A stretch of DNA of 40,464 nucleotides from Methanomassiliicoccales archaeon. GTDB taxonomy: Archaea; Thermoplasmatota; Thermoplasmata; Methanomassiliicoccales; UBA472. The position numbers and the translations under genes are program-made. Below are positions 37,570 through 40,464 of the stretch, piece by piece; within the stretch, counting starts at the first letter, position 1; each line of letters begins with the position of its first letter. The notes beneath the pieces are model-generated. The model worked only from the letters and a program-made list of their open reading frames with translations. It had not been told where the DNA came from and did not search any database. Where the stretch lies: positions 1 through 40,464 of the forward strand of contig JBEKDM010000003.1 of the NCBI GenBank assembly GCA_050014375.1, written 5' to 3'.

Positions 37570-38946
37570 ATGCCTGAAGGATCAGAATTGAGTCGCCACT
37601 CCGAGGATCCCTCGTTCCAGCTTTGGATGGACTTTGAGAATGTCTGCGATCGCTACCTTTCTTTGGTCGACCTACAACTTTCCATGCTGATGGATGATGA
37701 GAGGGATTGGATGATGGAAAGAGCATATTTGGAACGTACAACAATCCTCGCCTCCCGCCGAGACCAGAGGACCTTCCATATGCTCGTTGAGAAGGTGCGT
37801 GCGCAGCCTTGGTACAGAGCGGACCAAGAACGTCTTTCCCGATATGTTGCCCTCATAGCTCTATTCCCTGATGTGTTCGATGATGAGGATAAGATGCCTC
37901 CAGGGGAGACCGCAGCAGTAATTAACAAGGAACTCAACCTTCTAGCCGCTGACCATCCTTATCTCTTTGGCGAATCCTGGTCAAAAGATGACGATGGATT
38001 CCAGGTCTCCATGGACGACTATGTCGAACAGATGGACGCTGATATTTGGGGCGACATGGACCCTTATGACCTTGACATTGACAACGACGCGATGCTGCAT
38101 GTTCAGGAGATCGATCAGATGTTCCTGGAGGAGGCATTGACAACATTGAGCATCATTCGGGGCACGTGCACCCGGTTCGTCGGGGAGGGTCATCCAGGGC
38201 TGTCCCAGGGGGCATTCGATATCATTAATTCCAAAGAGCATGAGAATTCGTGCATGCTGGCGAGATTCGTCCTTGAATGTATCTTCCTTCGTCATCTGCG
38301 TTCTTCCGACCCTCGAGAAGATAAGGACCTGATGGAGACCTGGCAGGAAGGAATAGAGCTGGGAAGGGTGGAGATGGGAATGACGCAGGACGATCTCGAT
38401 CGGACGGTAAGGCTTTTGATCGAAGTCCATGGTTCCGATGATGAGGCCCGGGGTTTGTTATCGCAGGCTGCCAAAGCCGCTGCCGTCCTGATCGGGAAGA
38501 AGGTTTTGCCGATAATGGTGCAAGCCACCTCCATACCGCATGAAAGAAGGATATGGCCAGCCTTGATGCATGATCATGTGATGTTACAGTTGGAACTGAA
38601 CATAGATCCTGCAGAGAACATCCAAAAGATGATCGAACAGGGTCGAATTAACAACCCGCCAATGTTGGCATGCACTACCCAGTTCCTGAAGGCGCGATGT
38701 TATGAAGAGAGAGGTCTAAAGGAGAAGGCGGCAAACGCACGTTTGGAACTCATCGAGGTCATCAAGAAGCATAGAAACGAGGCGGATGTGCTCATCCAGA
38801 TACCCGAGGCAGTGCACCTCTTCTTGGCCAACAAAGAACGGTCAGCTGCCAGGAAGATACTGGAGGTCGGGCTTAAGGCAACGGCGTCCCGTCCAGACTT
38901 GGCCGGGCTCCGGTTCTTGTTTGAGGATACTTATCATAGGTTGTAA
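37570..38946 (+). CDS. Hypothetical acidic, alpha-helical (possibly TPR-like) protein
   Basis: Long open frame with start placed at MPEGS, a D/E-rich middle and a helical-repeat-like C-terminus. No motif recognised. Confidence 0.7.
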   Translation: MPEGSELSRHSEDPSFQLWMDFENVCDRYLSLVDLQLSMLMDDERDWMMERAYLERTTILASRRDQRTFHMLVEKVRAQPWYRADQERLSRYVALIALFPDVFDDEDKMPPGETAAVINKELNLLAADHPYLFGESWSKDDDGFQVSMDDYVEQMDADIWGDMDPYDLDIDNDAMLHVQEIDQMFLEEALTTLSIIRGTCTRFVGEGHPGLSQGAFDIINSKEHENSCMLARFVLECIFLRHLRSSDPREDKDLMETWQEGIELGRVEMGMTQDDLDRTVRLLIEVHGSDDEARGLLSQAAKAAAVLIGKKVLPIMVQATSIPHERRIWPALMHDHVMLQLELNIDPAENIQKMIEQGRINNPPMLACTTQFLKARCYEERGLKEKAANARLELIEVIKKHRNEADVLIQIPEAVHLFLANKERSAARKILEVGLKATASRPDLAGLRFLFEDTYHRL

Positions 38947-39000
38947 TCTGTTCAACCAAATGGGAATCACTCAGGCGGTCTATAGGTTCAGGCAGCAGCA

Positions 39001-40323
39001 CTATGCTTTGTGCCTGAGGTCGATGGTCTCATCGCGCTCCTTTCCTATGCTGACGATCTTGACCTCCACCTCGGTCACTTTGGCGATGTAGTCAAGGTAG
39101 TCCCGCATGTTCTTGGGCAATGCCTGATAGCCCTTTTTCGCGACAGCTTTGGACTCTCCCTCGGCCCAGTCATCCCAACCGGGAAGCTCGTCGTAGATCG
39201 GTTTTGCCCGTTCCAGCTTGTGCAGCGAGGCAGGGAACTCATCGAACTTCTTGCCATCGATCTCGTATGCAATGGCGACCTTCAGCGTTTTCATGCTGTT
39301 CAGGACGTCGAGCTTGGTGACCGCCAAAGCGGTCAATCCGTTTAGCCGGCAGGCATGTTTGACCACGACCAGGTCTAGCCAGCCGCAGCGGCGTGCCCGT
39401 CCGGTCGTCGTCCCCCACTCTCCACCCTTGGTAAGCAGGTACTTACCCAGGTCGTCATGCAATTCGGTCGGGAATGGACCTGCGCCTACTCTTGTAGTGT
39501 AGGCCTTTGTCACTCCCAGGACGTCGTTGATCTTATTAGGGCCAACGCCGACACCCGTGCAGATGCCGCCGGAGATGCAGTTGGACGACGTGACATAAGG
39601 ATATGTGCCATGATCGATGTCCAGCATTGTTCCCTGGGCGCCTTCGAACAGCACTTTCTTGTTGTGCTTAAGCGCGTCGTTGACCAAGACAGAAGCGTCG
39701 ACGACGTACTGTTCCAGTCTCTTACCGGAATCGAGCAATCCCTTGACCAGCTGGTCCTTGGCGTCCATTTTCGGTCCGTTGAGGACCTCCAAGAACTTTT
39801 CCTTCACTGGATAGATGAGGTCCATCTTCTCGTTCAATGCCTGCTCGTCCAGGATGTCGCACATCCTTATGCCTGAGCGGGCGATCTTGTCAGAATAACA
39901 AGGACCGATGCCTCTTCCGGTGGTGCCTACGCCCTTGGCGCCACGCTGCCTCTCCTCGGCGCCGTCGAGCATTTTGTGATATTTGGTGATGATGTTCGCC
40001 CGGTCGGAGATCCTCAGGCTCTTCATCGAGTATCCCCGGTCCTCGATCTGCCTCATTTCTTTGAGCAGCTCTTCCGGGTCGACCACGCAACCATTTCCGA
40101 TCACGTTGATGGTGTTGGCACGAAGGATGCCGGATGGCAGAAGATGAAGTCCGAAAACATCGTTCCCGATCTTTATGGTGTGACCGGCATTGGTGCCGCC
40201 CTGATACCGCACGACGAGGTCCGCGCCCTCGGCGATGTAATCAGTGATCTTACCCTTTCCCTCGTCTCCCCATTGAGTACCAATGACAGCGATGCTAGGC
40301 AGGTGCTCACCAGCAAGCGCCAA
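39001..40323 (-). CDS. purA: Adenylosuccinate synthetase
   Basis: GTQWGDEGKGK, QGGTNAGHT, GTTGRGIGPCY, EGAQG, TYPYVTSS and TTRVGAGPFPTE. Confidence 0.97.
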   Translation of the reverse strand: MALAGEHLPSIAVIGTQWGDEGKGKITDYIAEGADLVVRYQGGTNAGHTIKIGNDVFGLHLLPSGILRANTINVIGNGCVVDPEELLKEMRQIEDRGYSMKSLRISDRANIITKYHKMLDGAEERQRGAKGVGTTGRGIGPCYSDKIARSGIRMCDILDEQALNEKMDLIYPVKEKFLEVLNGPKMDAKDQLVKGLLDSGKRLEQYVVDASVLVNDALKHNKKVLFEGAQGTMLDIDHGTYPYVTSSNCISGGICTGVGVGPNKINDVLGVTKAYTTRVGAGPFPTELHDDLGKYLLTKGGEWGTTTGRARRCGWLDLVVVKHACRLNGLTALAVTKLDVLNSMKTLKVAIAYEIDGKKFDEFPASLHKLERAKPIYDELPGWDDWAEGESKAVAKKGYQALPKNMRDYLDYIAKVTEVEVKIVSIGKERDETIDLRHKA

Positions 40324-40352
40324 ATCCGTCTCTGTGTAATTAAGTTTTGGTC

Positions 40353-40464
40353 TCAGGGGATGCCTATCTCGCGATAGGCGGCCAGCAGTTCCGCGAAACT
40401 CCTATCCGATTTGAAACCAGTGGGCGAGAAGTGCGTACGTGACGCCGCCCCCAACTGCTTCATC
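40353..40464 (-). CDS. trm1: C-terminal end of probable tRNA (guanine26-N2)-dimethyltransferase (partial)
   Basis: Minus frame ...ASRTHFSPTGFKSDRSFAELLAAYREIGIP*. SRTHFSPTG.K.D matches the Trm1 C-terminal motif. Only 36 residues are visible. Confidence 0.6.
   Translation of the reverse strand, partial: MKQLGAASRTHFSPTGFKSDRSFAELLAAYREIGIP

Noticed and set aside
16111-39003. Pyrrolysine read-through at TAG stops of intact genes (surface protein, hydrolase, XRE, arsC, thiG, thiF, purA)
   Set aside because: The proteins appear complete at the TAG, and where a co-directional gene follows closely it is not in frame.
1-40464. tRNA (including tRNA-Pyl), rRNA, SRP/RNase P RNA, CRISPR array
   Set aside because: No cloverleaf with a T-loop, no conserved signature sequences and no regularly spaced repeats seen in the intergenic regions.

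Overview
About 40 kb of archaeal chromosome, most likely from a methanol-using methanogen of the Methanomassiliicoccales. This is an inference from mtaB/mtaC, the bacterial-type cysK/cysE/cysS route, an archaeal GluRS, TATA boxes and GGAGG/GGTGA ribosome-binding sites. Positions 1-25,000 are mostly core metabolism: mtaB (partial), mtaC, cysK, cysE-cysS-radical SAM, DtxR/FeoA-feoB with an operator palindrome, gltX, a CPA2 antiporter, a UbiD decarboxylase, an ABC exporter, and a Vor / XRE-cupin / acyl-CoA synthetase / hydrolase cluster. Positions ~25,000-38,950 form a mosaic accessory region. It holds an arsenic-resistance locus (arsR, arsC, acr3) whose acr3 operon continues into a CxxC AhpD/CMD protein and a truncated CdhE/HgcA-like corrinoid-binding protein, followed by a double zinc ribbon and a broken MtaA-type methyltransferase. 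It also holds a THUMP protein, a bacterial-type thiE::thiS-thiG-thiH-thiF operon, an internally deleted IS110 relic with a structured non-coding end, a histidine kinase fragment and two large unknown proteins (one with a SWIM finger). purA and the 3' end of a probable trm1 close the window. The best candidate for a new system is the arsenic-linked corrinoid/methyltransferase module. I found no tRNA, rRNA or CRISPR array. All family calls are by eye from motifs; no database searches were run.
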